A DNA stretch of 64,000 bases from contig CAWIJC010000004.1 of the NCBI GenBank assembly GCA_963836365.1, positions 72,251-136,250 of the forward strand. The letters are read 5' to 3'. This stretch comes from an uncultured Actinomycetes bacterium (lineage in GTDB: Bacteria; Actinomycetota; Acidimicrobiia; IMCC26256; PALSA-610). The notes under the pieces were generated by a model, which was not told where the DNA came from, did no database searches, and saw only the letters and a list, made by a program, of their open reading frames with translations. This document shows positions 23,538 to 36,638 of this stretch, piece after piece. The position numbers were made by a program, and so were the translations under genes. How positions within the stretch are numbered: the first letter of the stretch is position 1; each line of letters opens with the position of its first letter.

Positions 23538-23715
23538 GGCTGTGGATACCGGGGGAAATCTCTGCCTGGGCCGGGGATCAACTCTGAGTGTGCGGCGCGC
23601 CGCCAACATCGCTGTGTACGGCAGTGGACATCGCGGTGAACGACAATGTGCGACGCAACCAGCACCAACGCGTGGTTTCCCACAATCCACAGCACCTACT
23701 ACAACAACAATGAAG
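23529..23715. other. oriC (dnaA-dnaN intergenic): DnaA boxes and DnaA-trio unwinding element
   Basis: Boxes AGTGGATAA 23529, TGTGGATAC 23541 and AGTGGACAT 23623, tandem TTTCCCACA/CAATCCACA at 23676-23691, then GCACC and trios TAC TAC AAC AAC AAT at 23697-23711. Confidence 0.88.
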
Positions 23716-23747
23716 AATTCGAACATCAGCGTGTCGAGGAGGACGGT

Positions 23748-24843
23748 GTGAAGTTCCGGTGCGAACGCGACACACTCGCCGAGGCTGTCGCGACGGCCCA
23801 GCGAACGGTCGCGAGCCGTAGTGGCGCGTTGCCGGTCCTCCAGGACTTGAGAGTCACCGCGACCGACGAAGGTCTCGAGCTCATCGGGTCGGATCTCGAG
23901 ATCACCAATCGTGTGCAGGTTCCCGCCGACGTGGAAGAGGGCGGCGTCGCGGTCGTGCCGAAGTTGCTCGGCGAGATCGTACGGCGCTTGGAGCCGGGTT
24001 CGGTGACCGTCACCGTGACCGGTGACGAAGCTGTGATCTCTGCCGGTCGGTTCTCGACGTCGTTGCGACTCAAGCCCGCCGAGGACTATCCGCGGCTTGC
24101 GTCTTCTGAAGGTTCGGGTGTGCGCGTCGAGGCGTCCGCGTTCGCGGCTGCGCTCAAGCAAGTCGTGCGCGGCGGCGTCGAAGGACGATCTGCGCCCCAT
24201 CCTCACCGGCGTGCTGCTGACAGCGCACGCGGGCGGGCTTCGGCTGGTGGCAACCGACTCGTACCGGCTCGCAGTACGCGACCTCTCCGGCGTCAGCATG
24301 TTGCAGGAAGGTCAACGCGTGCTCGTTGCCGCCAAGGGACTTGCAGAGGTGCAACGTCTCGCGGGCGACGGTGAGATCGAGGTGGTATTGCGCGAGCGCG
24401 ACGTCGTTTTCCGAACGTCACGTGCCGAAGTCACTGCTCGGCTGATCGAAGGCGATTTCCCGAATTACGAGCAGCTGATCCCGAGCAACTATCCGAACCG
24501 GCTGACCGTCGCGCGTGAGGCGTTGCTCGGCGCGCTCGACCGGGTGCAGATCGTCGGGCAAAACCGCGACAACGCCGCAGTACGCATGGCGATGAGCGCT
24601 GACGGGCTGGAGCTCGCAATGTCCGCTCAGGACGTCGGCAGCGCCCAGGAGACCGTCGATGCGAAATTCGAGGGCGGCGAGCTGACCGCAGCGTTCAATC
24701 CGGTGTTCCTGCGCGAGGGTGTTGACGCCGTCGACACTGGCGAGGTCGCGTTGGAGACGATAGACCCGCTGAAGCCCGCGACGTTGCGCGCGCCCGACGG
24801 CGGTGACTTCCTGTATCTACTGATGCCAGTGCGTACGTCCTGA
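23748..24843 (+). CDS. dnaN: DNA polymerase III beta clamp (frameshift near 24170)
   Basis: Motifs MKFRCERD, SDLEI, RPILTGV, VATDSYRLA, LIEGDFPNY and YLLMPVR. Confidence 0.95.
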
Positions 24844-24869
24844 ACGCGCAGGGATCACGACGGGCCGCG

Positions 24870-26024
24870 ATGCACGCAGTGGCCGATGCCCGAGCCGCGA
24901 CAAGTGTTGGGCACTTGTGGCTCACGGACTTTCGCTGTTTCGCATCGGTTGACGTCGAGCTCGCTCCCGGACTCACCGTCTTGTACGGCGCCAACGGGCA
25001 CGGCAAGAGCAGCCTCTTGGAGGCCGTCGGTTGGGTCGCGCGGACGCGCTCGTTTCGCGGCGTTTCCGACGCGTTGCTCGTGCGCAACGGCGCCGGGCAG
25101 GGCGTAGTGCGCGCCGAAGTCGTCACCGGCGAACGCCGGCAGATGTTCGAGGCGGAGATTCGCGTCGGCGGCCGCAACCGGATCCTGTCGAATCGCCAGC
25201 CCGTCGTGCGCGCACGTGATCTACACGGCTTGCTGCGGGTCACGGTCTTCTCACCTGATGATCTCGCGCTCGTAAAGGGCGGCCCGGCGGAGCGTCGCGA
25301 GTATCTCGACGAGCTCCTTGCAATGCTTTCGCCGCGCTACGACGCGGCGCGCGGCGACTATGAACGCGTACTCAAGCAACGCAACACACTTCTCCGCCAA
25401 GGCGTGCGCGATGACGAAGCGCGCGCGACACTCGACGTCTTCGACGAACAGCTCGTGCACGCTGCCACCGAACTCGTGCGCGGGCGGCTCCGGCTCGTCG
25501 AACGCATCGGCCCGGTGGTCGCGCGTGGCTATGAGGCACTGGCTCCGCACGCGGAATCCGTGCGCGCGTCGTACGAGGCGGAGTGGTCCACCACACCACT
25601 GACGTCTACAGAGGTTGACGACGTCGCAGAACAGTTGCGAACCGCGATCGCAGCACGCCGACGCGCCGAGGTGGAACGTGGCATGACGCTCGTCGGCCCA
25701 CACCGCGACGAGTGGAGGCTCGGTATCGGCGGGCTGGACGCGCGTCATCAAGCGTCGCAAGGCGAGCAGCGCACGCTCGCACTCGCGCTGCGGCTCGCAG
25801 GTCACGAAATTGTCGGTGACCTCACAGGTACCGCGCCTGTGTTGTTGCTCGACGACGTGTTCAGCGAGCTCGACGCGACGCGCGCGAGCGCGCTCGTGCG
25901 TAATCTTCGGCGGGGCCAGACCTTGCTGACGACGGCGGGTGACGTGCCCGCGGACGTCGTGCCCGAACGGCGGCTTCGCATTCGCGACGGACGCGTGGAA
26001 CGCGTGGACGGGCTCGACGGGTGA
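24870..26024 (+). CDS. recF: DNA replication/repair protein RecF
   Basis: Motifs GANGHGKSSLLEA, GPHRDE, SQGEQRT and LLLDDVFSELD. Confidence 0.96.
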   Translation: MHAVADARAATSVGHLWLTDFRCFASVDVELAPGLTVLYGANGHGKSSLLEAVGWVARTRSFRGVSDALLVRNGAGQGVVRAEVVTGERRQMFEAEIRVGGRNRILSNRQPVVRARDLHGLLRVTVFSPDDLALVKGGPAERREYLDELLAMLSPRYDAARGDYERVLKQRNTLLRQGVRDDEARATLDVFDEQLVHAATELVRGRLRLVERIGPVVARGYEALAPHAESVRASYEAEWSTTPLTSTEVDDVAEQLRTAIAARRRAEVERGMTLVGPHRDEWRLGIGGLDARHQASQGEQRTLALALRLAGHEIVGDLTGTAPVLLLDDVFSELDATRASALVRNLRRGQTLLTTAGDVPADVVPERRLRIRDGRVERVDGLDG

Positions 26025-26335
26025 GTCGCGACGAACCGGTGCCGCTGCGCGACGCGCTCAGCGCGGTCGGCAAGGAGCTCGGATTGCCGGCGCTGAATGC
26101 GTTCGAGACCGTCGTCGCGTTGTGGCGGGAGCTCGCCGGCGTCGATGTCGAAGCACACGCGCGGGTGCGGACGTTGCGCGAAGGCGAGTGCACGATCGAG
26201 GTCGATTCGCCCGTGTGGGCAACACGGGCGCGGTACCTCACGGGCGAGCTCGAGCGGGTCGTGAACGACCATTGCGGCGACGGCGTCGTGACCAGGTCGC
26301 GCGTGGTTGTCGCGGGGCCGCGAAACGCCGGTTGA
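26021..26335 (+). CDS. dciA: DUF721/DciA family protein
   Basis: W...AG...AH and DSPVWAT pattern; canonical position between recF and gyrB. Confidence 0.85.
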   Translation: MSRDEPVPLRDALSAVGKELGLPALNAFETVVALWRELAGVDVEAHARVRTLREGECTIEVDSPVWATRARYLTGELERVVNDHCGDGVVTRSRVVVAGPRNAG

Positions 26336-26461
26336 GGGTCGGCGTTCTGGTAGACTGAGAGCTTGGGATAAGCCCCCGGAACACCCCTCTGACCAGGCAC
26401 TTTACGAGCATTTGAGTGCCGGCGCCGGGTGCCGCACATCGCTTCACAAGGACTCGCGCGC

Positions 26462-28367
<1,906 letters not shown>

Positions 28368-28388
28368 TCGTGAGGCGAACAGAACGCA

Positions 28389-30911
28389 ATGCCTGACGAA
28401 CCGGAGACTCTCGGCAACGTCGAGCCCATCGAGATCCAAGAGGAGATGGAACGCTCCTTCTTGGACTACGCGATGTCGGTCATCACGTCGCGCGCGCTAC
28501 CCGACGCTCGCGACGGATTGAAGCCCGTGCAGCGCCGCATCCTCTACGGCATGTACGCCGAGGGTATGCGTCCCGACCGTCCGTACCGCAAGTCTGCGAA
28601 CGCGGTCGGCGAGGTCATGGGCAAGTACCACCCGCACGGCGACAGCGCGATCTACGACGCAATGGCGCGGATGGCGCAGGACTTCTCGTTGCGCTATCCG
28701 TTGATCGACGGTCACGGCAACTTCGGCTCGCCCGATCCCAACGACCGCCCGGCGGCTGCTCGGTACACCGAGGCGCGTCTCGCCGCGCTCGCGACGGAGC
28801 TGCTCGGCGAGATCGACGAAGACACCGTCGACTTCGGTGAAACCTACGACGGGCGCAACCGCGAGCCGATCGTGCTGCCCGCGCGATTCCCGAATCTGTT
28901 GGTGAATGGCGGCGGCGGTATCGCGGTCGGCATGGCCACGAACATCCCGCCGCACAACCTCGACGAGGTGATCGCCGCGACGGTGCACCTCATCGACAAT
29001 CCCGACGCCACCGTCGAAGACCTCATGCAGCTCGTCACCGGTCCCGACTTCCCGACCGGCGCGGTGATCCTGGGCCGGGCCGGCATCGTCGAGTGCTACC
29101 GCACCGGGCGCGGCTCGATTCGCATGCGTGCGCTCGCGGAGGTCGACGAGGACGCGCGCGGCAACATGCGCATCGTTGTGACGGCAGTGCCGTACCAAAC
29201 TTCCGTAGAGGTCATCGGGCAGAAGATCTTCGAGCTCGTCAACGACCGCCGCATCGAGGGTATTCGCGACGTGCGCAACGAGTCGTCCGGTGACAGCACG
29301 CGCCTGGTCGTCGACCTCAAGCGTGATGCGAACGCGCAAGTCGTGTTGAACCAGCTGTACAAGCACACACCGATGCAGACGAACTTCGCGGCGAACGTGC
29401 TCGCGTTGGTCGATGGCGTGCCCCGCATCCTGAATCTCCGCCAGGCGCTCGAGGTGTACGTCGCACACCAGGTCGAAGTCGTGCGGCGGCGCAGCGAGTA
29501 TCGCTTGGAGAAGGCGCGCGATCGTGCGCACATCGTCGACGGCCTACTGCGCGCGCTCGACATGATCGACGCCGTGATCAACCTGATCCGCGGCTCGGAG
29601 TCGGCGGATGCCGCCCGCCAGGCACTCCAGGCGGCGCCATTCGAGTTCAGCGAGACGCAGACCACGCACATCCTCGACATGCCGTTGCGGCGGCTCGCCG
29701 CGCTCGAGCACCAGAAGCTCCGCGACGAGTTCGAGGAGCTCAGCGCGACGATCGCCGAGCTGGAAGCCATCCTCGCCGACGAGGGCAAGCTGCGCGGCGT
29801 CGTCAAGGACGAGCTCGGCGAGATCAGGGACAAGTATGGCGACGACGCGCCGCACCGAGATCACGACCGACCCGGGTGAGCTCGCCGACCTCGACTTGAT
29901 CGAGGACGAAGAGCTGGTTGTCGTGCTCTCGCGGAAGGGCTACGTCAAGGTGGTGCCCGTCGACCAGTTCCGGACGCAGGGCCGCGGCGGCAAAGGCGTG
30001 CGCGGCGGCCGGCTGCGAGACGAGGACTACGTCGAGCACCTGCTCACGACGACCGCGCACTCGTATCTTTTGTTCTTCTCGAACCGCGGCCGCGTCTACC
30101 GGCTTCGCGCGCACGAGATACCGATGAAGGACCGTACTGCGCGTGGCACCGCCCTCGTGAACCTCGTCGCGCTGCAACCCGACGAGCACATCGAGGCGGT
30201 CATCGACACGCGCACGTACGAGGACGGCGCGTACCTGTTCTTCGCGACACGCAACGGCATGGTGAAGAAGACGCGTATGTCGGAGTACGACTCGTCGCTG
30301 CGTACTGGATCTGATCGCGATCAATCTCAACGACGGCGACGAGCTGGTGCGTGTCATTCAGACGAGCGGTTCAGCGAGACGTCTTCATGGTGTCGAAGCA
30401 GGGCCAGACGATTCGTTTCAGCGAAGAGGACGTGCGACCCATGGGCCGCGCGACCGCAGGCGTGCGCGGCATGAAGCTGCGCTCCACTGACGACGGCGTG
30501 GTCAGCTCCGACGTGGCCCGCGACGACACGATGTTGCTGTTCGTCTCCTCGAGCGGTCACGGCAAGCGAACGCCGCTCGCCGCCTTCAATCGTCAGGGCC
30601 GCGGCGGGCAGGGTGTGCGCGGCATGAAGGTCACCGAAGCACGCGGCAGCGTCGTGTCGGCGTTCATCGTCGATCCCGCGAGCGAGATCCTCGTGTTCTC
30701 CTCGGCCGGCAACATCGTGCGGATGGGTGTGGATGAGATCTCCGAGCAGGGGCGTGACGCAACAGGGGTTCGCGTGGCCCGGCTGGACGAGGGCGATACC
30801 GTGGTAGCCGTGGCGCCGGTACTCGAAGCTGACACCAACGGGGCCGACGCAACGGCACCGACGAGGTGCCCGACGGGGTCGACGCACGGCGCAGGGGGCG
30901 AGGAGAGCTAG
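28389..30911 (+). CDS. gyrA: DNA gyrase subunit A (frameshifts near 29850, 30310 and 30370)
   Basis: Motifs [14 protein letters not shown] and the GyrA box QGRGGKG, plus C-terminal pinwheel repeats. Confidence 0.97.
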
Positions 30912-30915
30912 GCCG

Positions 30916-31378
30916 ATGGCACGCGCCAAGGCAGTGCTCGAGAGCGTTCCGCAATCGCCCGACCGGCGCGCGCCCCGCAAGGAGCGTCGCCGCATCGTCT
31001 CGCCGCGCCAGGTATACGAGCGGCGCTACGTGCAGACGATCCGCTCGGTCGACTTGTGGTCGGTGCTCAAGGTCTCGATCTGCTTCTACATCTCGGCGCT
31101 GATCACGATCCTCGTGTCGGGCACGATCCTGTGGTGGATCGCGTCGGCCGCCGGGTGTGATCCACAACGTCGAGGACTTCATCGGCCAACTCGTCGACAA
31201 CAAGGACTTCCGACTCCTGTCGTGGCAGGTGCTCCGCGCGTCGACGCTCATCGGCCTGGTCGTCGTGTGCATCCTCACGGTGCTCACCGTGCTCGCGGCG
31301 GCGTTCTACAACTTGTTCTCCGAGCTGCTCGGCGGCGTCGAGGTGACGGTCGTCGAGCAAGAAGAGATCACTGCGTAG
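30916..31378 (+). CDS. DUF3566 membrane protein (frameshift near 31150)
   Basis: Motifs SVDLWSVLKVS and FYNLFSELLGGVEVT; canonical position after gyrA. Confidence 0.85.
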
Positions 31379-31425
31379 ACACTGCAGGATGCTCGGCGCA
31401 CGCTGTACGATCTTTCACTTGTTCC

Positions 31426-31499
31426 GGGGCTATAGCTCAGCCGGTTAGAGCGCATCCCTGATAAGGATGAGGTCGCTGGTTCGATTCCAGCTAGCCCCA
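31426..31499 (+). tRNA. tRNA-Ile(GAT)
   Basis: GGGGCTA/TAGCCCC acceptor stem, CATCC-CTGATAA-GGATG anticodon arm and GGTTCGATT T loop. CCA is not encoded. Confidence 0.97.
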
Positions 31500-31580
31500 C
31501 GGAACCGCAGCAGCACATCAGAAGCGCATTCCTCTGGCGAGGGCGGCCGGCAGAGGTGCTGCTCGATACACTCCCGCGCC

Positions 31581-31694
31581 GTGAAGGCCTTTCGGCGCGT
31601 GCTGATCGTGCTCGGCGTCGCCGGCATCATCGGCGGGATTCGCGAAGCTGCGCGGAAAGGGCGGAGTGCCGCCGACGAGCGGCGGGTGGCGTGA
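31581..31694 (+). CDS. 37-aa single-TM microprotein (positional analogue of DLW-39)
   Basis: MKAFRRVLIVLGVAGIIGGIREAARKGRSAADERRVA, right after tRNA-Ile. Confidence 0.5.
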   Translation: MKAFRRVLIVLGVAGIIGGIREAARKGRSAADERRVA

Positions 31695-31718
31695 GCTCGA
31701 AGGACCCGACTTCCGCTG

Positions 31719-32713
31719 ATGACGACCGCACTCGTCGTGGGTGTCGGCACAGTCGGGACGCGTGCGGCCCGGCAGCTGATCGACACGCCCGGCATCGACC
31801 GGTTGCTGCTGGCCGATCGCGACGACGAGCACGCCGCCGAGGTCGCCGAAGCGCTGGGATCCGGACGTACGTCGCGATCGACTTCGTACCCGGCGATGCC
31901 GGTTCCTTCCGATGTCAACGTCGTCGCGACCGCGCTCCCGGGAGGCGTCGATCATGACGTCGTCACTGCCGCGATCGCGGCCGGCGTTCCCGTCGCGTCG
32001 AGCGACGACGAGCACGATGCAATCGAGCAACTGCGCGTGCTGTCGCCCGAACGCGAAGAGCGCGGGCGTGACGGTCGCGGTCGGCGTGCGGGCTCGCGCC
32101 GGGCCTCTCGGACGTCCTTGCCCGTCACGCGAGCGCGATGTTCGAGAAGGTCGACGAGATTCGCGTCGCCCGCACGGGTTGGGGCGGGCCGGCGTGCGTC
32201 GACACGGTTCGGCACGAGCGGCGCGTCCTGCTCCACACGTGGCACGACGGGACATGGCGCGAGGAGCATCCGCACGGCGACAGTCTCGTGTGGTTCCCGG
32301 AGCCCATCGGCGCGCGCGACTGCCGCACGGTGACCGGCGGCACGACGTTGCTCGTCGACGCGTTCGGATCGGTGCCGCGCCTGAGCGTGCAGCTCGGCGA
32401 ACCGCCGAAGCGGACTCGGTTCCGCCGGCGTTTCGGCGACGAAGGCGAGTGGGGCGCCGCCCGCGTCGACGTGTGGGGCCGACGCGACGGCACCTTCGAC
32501 TGCGTCGTCTATGGGGTCGTCGAACGTACGGCGGTCGCGGCCGGTACTGTCCTTGCCGTGACCGCCGCCCGACTCGGCGGGGCGCTCGACCCGCCGCTCG
32601 ACAGACCCGGTGTCCACGGCCTCGGAGGGCTCGCCGAGCCCGTTCCCTTCCTCGCCGAACTCGCGCAGCGTGGTGTCCGGGCCGCGGCCTTCGAAGGCGT
32701 CGCAGTCGCCTGA
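31719..32713 (+). CDS. NAD(P)-binding oxidoreductase (saccharopine dehydrogenase-like; frameshifted)
   Basis: Rossmann motif VVGVGTVG and LLLADRD, plus a C-terminal AAGTVLA...PGVHG region. Confidence 0.7.
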
Positions 32714-32727
32714 TCCGAGGAGGGCAC

Positions 32728-35700
32728 ATGGTGCCCGGTGGAATCGTGCAGAACCCTCGCCTCGCGGCAGAGTGCGCCGAGCGGGAACCTGTGACCGACG
32801 GCCGCGTCCCCGACGAGATCGTGGTTGCGGTGCCGCGTGGCGGCCGCGTGCTGGTGTGCGCCGACTTGCGGATGGTGCCGGGCGGCACCGACCTTTCGCG
32901 GGATGCCGCAGGCGCGATCGCGCGTGCGGCCGAAGGCTGCCGCGGCCCCGGTGTCGTGGTCTTGAACGGCGACACGTTTGACCTACTGCGCGCGGGCGCG
33001 CCCCGACATCGACGGCGCGCTCGCCGCGCACCCGCGTCTCGCGGCCGCCCTCGACGTGTTCGGAGCGGGCGCCGAGCGGCATGTCGTGGTGCTGCCGGGA
33101 ACACGCGACGCCAAGCTCGCGTTCGACGAGCACGCGATCGATGCGGTCGCCGTACGCGGTTGGGTACTCGCGCTGGGCTGCGTGCTCGAGATCGATACGG
33201 GCGGCGGTACGCGTGTCGTTCGGATCGAACCGGGCCATCGTCTCGACCCGGCGGCGGCGTTCGCCGATCCGCGCGATCCTCACGATCACCCGCTGTCGGT
33301 CCACCTCGAGCGCGACGTGCTCCCGATGCTTGCGACGGGTGTGATCCCGGGCGGTGCTGCCGGCTGGCTCGAAGGCGTCGAGGACGCCGACCCGGCGGAG
33401 ATGGGCTCGCTCGTGACGTCGCGGTTCGCGTACCGGCGTCTCTTCCAGCGCGCGATGTGGTTGACACTGCCGGTGCTCGCGCTGTTGGCGGTGTTCTTTC
33501 CGTTCGCCGTGTTCTCCGCGGCCCGCAGAAACACGCTGCCGTATGTCTTTCGTCTGCTCGCGGCCGGTTTCGCGATCGAGCTGCTACTCGTTGGAATCGC
33601 GCTCGCCTTCGTGATCGTGCAGCTGCGCGACGCGCTCCGTTCGGTGTCGTGGTGGGCGCGCGACGCGCGGAGCAACGACGCGGCGCGGGGCGAGGCCGTA
33701 GGGTTCGTGACGAGCGGTGGTGCCGGCCTGATCACGGCCCACACGCGACGCGCCGAGCTGACCGATCTGGGGGCCGGCGGCTTCTACGCGAACTGTGGCC
33801 CCGCCGGCCGAGTCGTCGAACAGCGACCCACGCCGGCCTGGGACTCCCGGTCGTATACGCGGCACGATTGCGTTGCTCTTGGATCGAGCTCGAGTCCGGT
33901 GCCGATCTGCATGCAAAGTTGCTGCACGGGGTGCGCGAACTGCCCGAACACACACTGCTCGAGCGGGTCGCGACCAAACGGGAGCGGCCGGTGTGGCCGC
34001 CCGAAGAAGTCGCGCGCCATCCGGGAACAATCACCTGGCCCGCAGTCGGCGACCTCACTGCGAACCGGCGCCGCACGCGCCGTCTCGGCGCGATGGCGAT
34101 CGCGCTCGCGGGCGTGTTCAACGTTGCCTCGGCGGTGACGCTGCCGTTCGCGTCACGCTTGCGAGCGCTCGACCGTTTTGCGCCGCTCGAAGTGCCAAAG
34201 GTCGCAGCCGCGGTGGTCGCGCTCGCAGGCCTCGGTTTGCTGTTGCTGTCACGCGGCGTCCGCCGCGGTCAGCGACATGCCTGGACGCTGGCGAATGCAC
34301 TGTTGCTGGTCAGCGTCGTCGGCAACGTCGTGAAGGGCCTCGACGTCGAGGAAGCGCTCGTTGCCCTCGTGGTCGTGGGCTTCTTGGTGTTGCACCGCGA
34401 CGACTTCGCGGCGCCCGCGAACCCGACGTCGGCCCGACGCGCACTCACGACGTTGCTGATGGGCCTCGGGGTCGCGGTGGTGGCGGGCACGGTTGGCGTC
34501 GCGCTGCGCCATCCGAAGATGCCCTTCGCAGAAATCGTGGCCGCGGTGTCCGAGCGGCTCGTCGGCATCCACTCGATCGCGCTGCCCGACCGCATCGACG
34601 ACTTGTTGACACCCGCGCTGCTCGGCGTCGGCATCGCGATCGCGATCTCGTGCTGTTGGCTGTTGTTCCGCCCCGCGGTTGCGCCACGCGTCGCGGCATC
34701 GAAGCCGTTGTCGCGTGAACGGGCGCGCTTTCTCGTCGACCGATATGGCGCCGACTCGCTGTCGTACTTCGCGTTGCGCAACGACAAGGACTGGTTCGGC
34801 TTCCGCGACACCCTCGTGTCGTACCGCGTGCACAACGGCATTGCGCTGGTGTCGCCCGATCCGATCGGCCCGGTCGGACAGCGCGCCGACGCATGGGCCG
34901 CGTTTCGCGAGTTCGCGGACGAGCAGGGCTGGCCGGTCGCGGTGCTCGGCGCCGGGCCCGACTGGCTGCCGGTGTACCGCGTGAGTGGCATGCACGCGCT
35001 CTATGTCGGCGACGAAGCGGTCGTCGACGTGCGGCGGTTCAGCCTCGACGGGAAGCACAACAAGGGCTTGCGGCAGGCAGCCGGCCGCGTCTCGCGAGCG
35101 GGCTACACGGTGGAGTTCTTCGATCCGTCGCAGCTCGACGCCGAGCTTCGAGCGCGGTTGCGGGCGCTGATGCGCGACAGCCGCAAGGGTGAGGTCGAGC
35201 GCGGATTCTCGATGACGCTCGGTCGCGCGTTCGAAGAAGACGACCGCGGTTTGCTGCTCGCAGTGGCGTTCGACGACGGTCACCGGCCGGTCGGCTTCTG
35301 CCAGTACGTACCCGCCCGGGCGATCAACGGTTGGTCGCTGGATCTCATGCGCCGGTCGGAGGCCGAAGACGTGCCGAACGGGCTCACGGAGTACATCGTC
35401 GTCGAAACGATCGCGCACATACGCGACGAGGGTTATGTCGGGCTCGCACTGAACTTCGCGACGTTCCGCGCGGTACTGGCGAGCGAAACCGGCGACCGCC
35501 TGATGCACCGCGCGCAGAAGTGGGTCCTCGAGCGGATGAGCGACTCCATGCAGATCGAGTCGCTGTGGACGTTCAACGAGAAGTTCCAGCCCGAGTGGCA
35601 CGCGCGATACGCCTGTTACGACTCGCCGGAACACCTGCTCGCGGCGTCGATCGCGGTCGCTCGCGCCGAGTCGTTCTTCGAGATGCCGCTCGTCGGCAGG

Positions 35701-35760
35701 TTCTTTGCCCCGCGCGGCGACGAAACGAAACCGGAAGAGCCCGTCCGTTCAGGTGTGTGA
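32728..35760 (+). CDS. Aminoacyl-phosphatidylglycerol synthase (MprF/LysX-like, DUF2156) with an N-terminal degenerate metallophosphoesterase domain (frameshifts near 32995 and 33830)
   Basis: C-terminal motifs DSLSYFALRNDK, SPDPIG, ERGFSMTLG, WSLDLMRR, NGLTEY, ALNFA and IESLWTFNEKFQPEW. TM block KGLDVEEA. SD GAGGAGG. Confidence 0.85.
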   Translation: MVPGGIVQNPRLAAECAEREPVTDGRVPDEIVVAVPRGGRVLVCADLRMVPGGTDLSRDAAGAIARAAEGCRGPGVVVLNGDTFDLLRAGAPRHRRRARRAPASRGRPRRVRSGRRAACRGAAGNTRRQARVRRARDRCGRRTRLGTRAGLRARDRYGRRYACRSDRTGPSSRPGGGVRRSARSSRSPAVGPPRARRAPDACDGCDPGRCCRLARRRRGRRPGGDGLARDVAVRVPASLPARDVVDTAGARAVGGVLSVRRVLRGPQKHAAVCLSSARGRFRDRAATRWNRARLRDRAAARRAPFGVVVGARRAEQRRGAGRGRRVRDERWCRPDHGPHATRRADRSGGRRLLRELWPRRPSRRTATHAGLGLPVVYAARLRCSWIELESGADLHAKLLHGVRELPEHTLLERVATKRERPVWPPEEVARHPGTITWPAVGDLTANRRRTRRLGAMAIALAGVFNVASAVTLPFASRLRALDRFAPLEVPKVAAAVVALAGLGLLLLSRGVRRGQRHAWTLANALLLVSVVGNVVKGLDVEEALVALVVVGFLVLHRDDFAAPANPTSARRALTTLLMGLGVAVVAGTVGVALRHPKMPFAEIVAAVSERLVGIHSIALPDRIDDLLTPALLGVGIAIAISCCWLLFRPAVAPRVAASKPLSRERARFLVDRYGADSLSYFALRNDKDWFGFRDTLVSYRVHNGIALVSPDPIGPVGQRADAWAAFREFADEQGWPVAVLGAGPDWLPVYRVSGMHALYVGDEAVVDVRRFSLDGKHNKGLRQAAGRVSRAGYTVEFFDPSQLDAELRARLRALMRDSRKGEVERGFSMTLGRAFEEDDRGLLLAVAFDDGHRPVGFCQYVPARAINGWSLDLMRRSEAEDVPNGLTEYIVVETIAHIRDEGYVGLALNFATFRAVLASETGDRLMHRAQKWVLERMSDSMQIESLWTFNEKFQPEWHARYACYDSPEHLLAASIAVARAESFFEMPLVGRFFAPRGDETKPEEPVRSGV

Positions 35761-36042
35761 CGGGCTCGGCCGCTGATCGTCGATGTCGAACATCAGGTCC
35801 TCGGCATAGCACCAGTACCAGTCCTCGCCCGGTTCGAACGACTGGATGATCGGGTGCGTCGTCTCGTGGAAGTGCGCCGTGGCGTGCCGGTTCGGCGACT
35901 GGTCGCAACAGCCGACGTGGCCGCACTCGGTGCAGCGGCGCAGGTGCACCCAGCGGCTGCCCATCGCCAGGCACTCCACGCAGCCATCTCCGCTCGGCGG
36001 GACGGCGCGGATGTGATCGAGGTGCGTGCACGTGTCGGCCAT
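35749..36042 (-). CDS. UBP-type zinc finger protein
   Basis: Motifs CTHL, CVECL, HLRRCTECGHVGCCD, HATAH and SFEPGEDWYWCY. Confidence 0.92.
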   Translation of the reverse strand: MADTCTHLDHIRAVPPSGDGCVECLAMGSRWVHLRRCTECGHVGCCDQSPNRHATAHFHETTHPIIQSFEPGEDWYWCYAEDLMFDIDDQRPSPSHT

Positions 36043-36124
36043 GCCGAGAGTGTCGCGAACTTCTCGCGTGCGCACACGTGATCGATTTGTCTTATCTCGA
36101 GCCGGCGGGTATTTCGGGCCTCGA

Positions 36125-36638
36125 TTGACGACGACGTTGGAGGACGGCGCGAACGGTCCGATCGCAATGCTGAGGCGCGACCACCGCGCGGTCGAGGACG
36201 TCCTCAGCAAGCTGGAGAGCAGCAAGCCGGGCCCGCGCCGGCGCACCACGGTCGAGAAGTTCGCCACGTCGCTGGCGACTCACATGCAGATCGAAGAACA
36301 GGTCATCTCTCCCTCGTCGCCCGGACCGTCGGTCAGGAAAGAGGCGACGAGCGAGCGACGGCATCGCGCGCGACGGCGTGCAGCAGTTGCAGGAACTCGT
36401 CGACAAGCCGGGTTTCGGCGCCGCGGTCGAGATGCTGAAGGCGGGCATCAAGCATCACGTGAAGGAAGAGGAGAAGGAGATCTTTCCCGAGCTGAAGGGT
36501 GAGATCGATCGCGACACCCTGCGCGAGATCGGAGACGAGGTTGCGGCGATGAAGCGTCCCCGACGCCGGACGCGGACGCGTGCGGCGAAGACTGCCGCTC
36601 CTCGTCGTATACCCCGCAACGCGGCGCGGTCGCGGTGA
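36125..36638 (+). CDS. Hemerythrin/HHE-domain protein (frameshifted or decaying)
   Basis: Motifs LRRDHRAV, HMQIEEQVI and HHVKEEEKEIFP. Confidence 0.78.

Noticed and set aside
31912-32727. Arg-rich 5' extension of the 1282-aa ORF
   Set aside because: It is an off-frame reading of the oxidoreductase gene. A strong SD and ATG at 32728 mark the real start.
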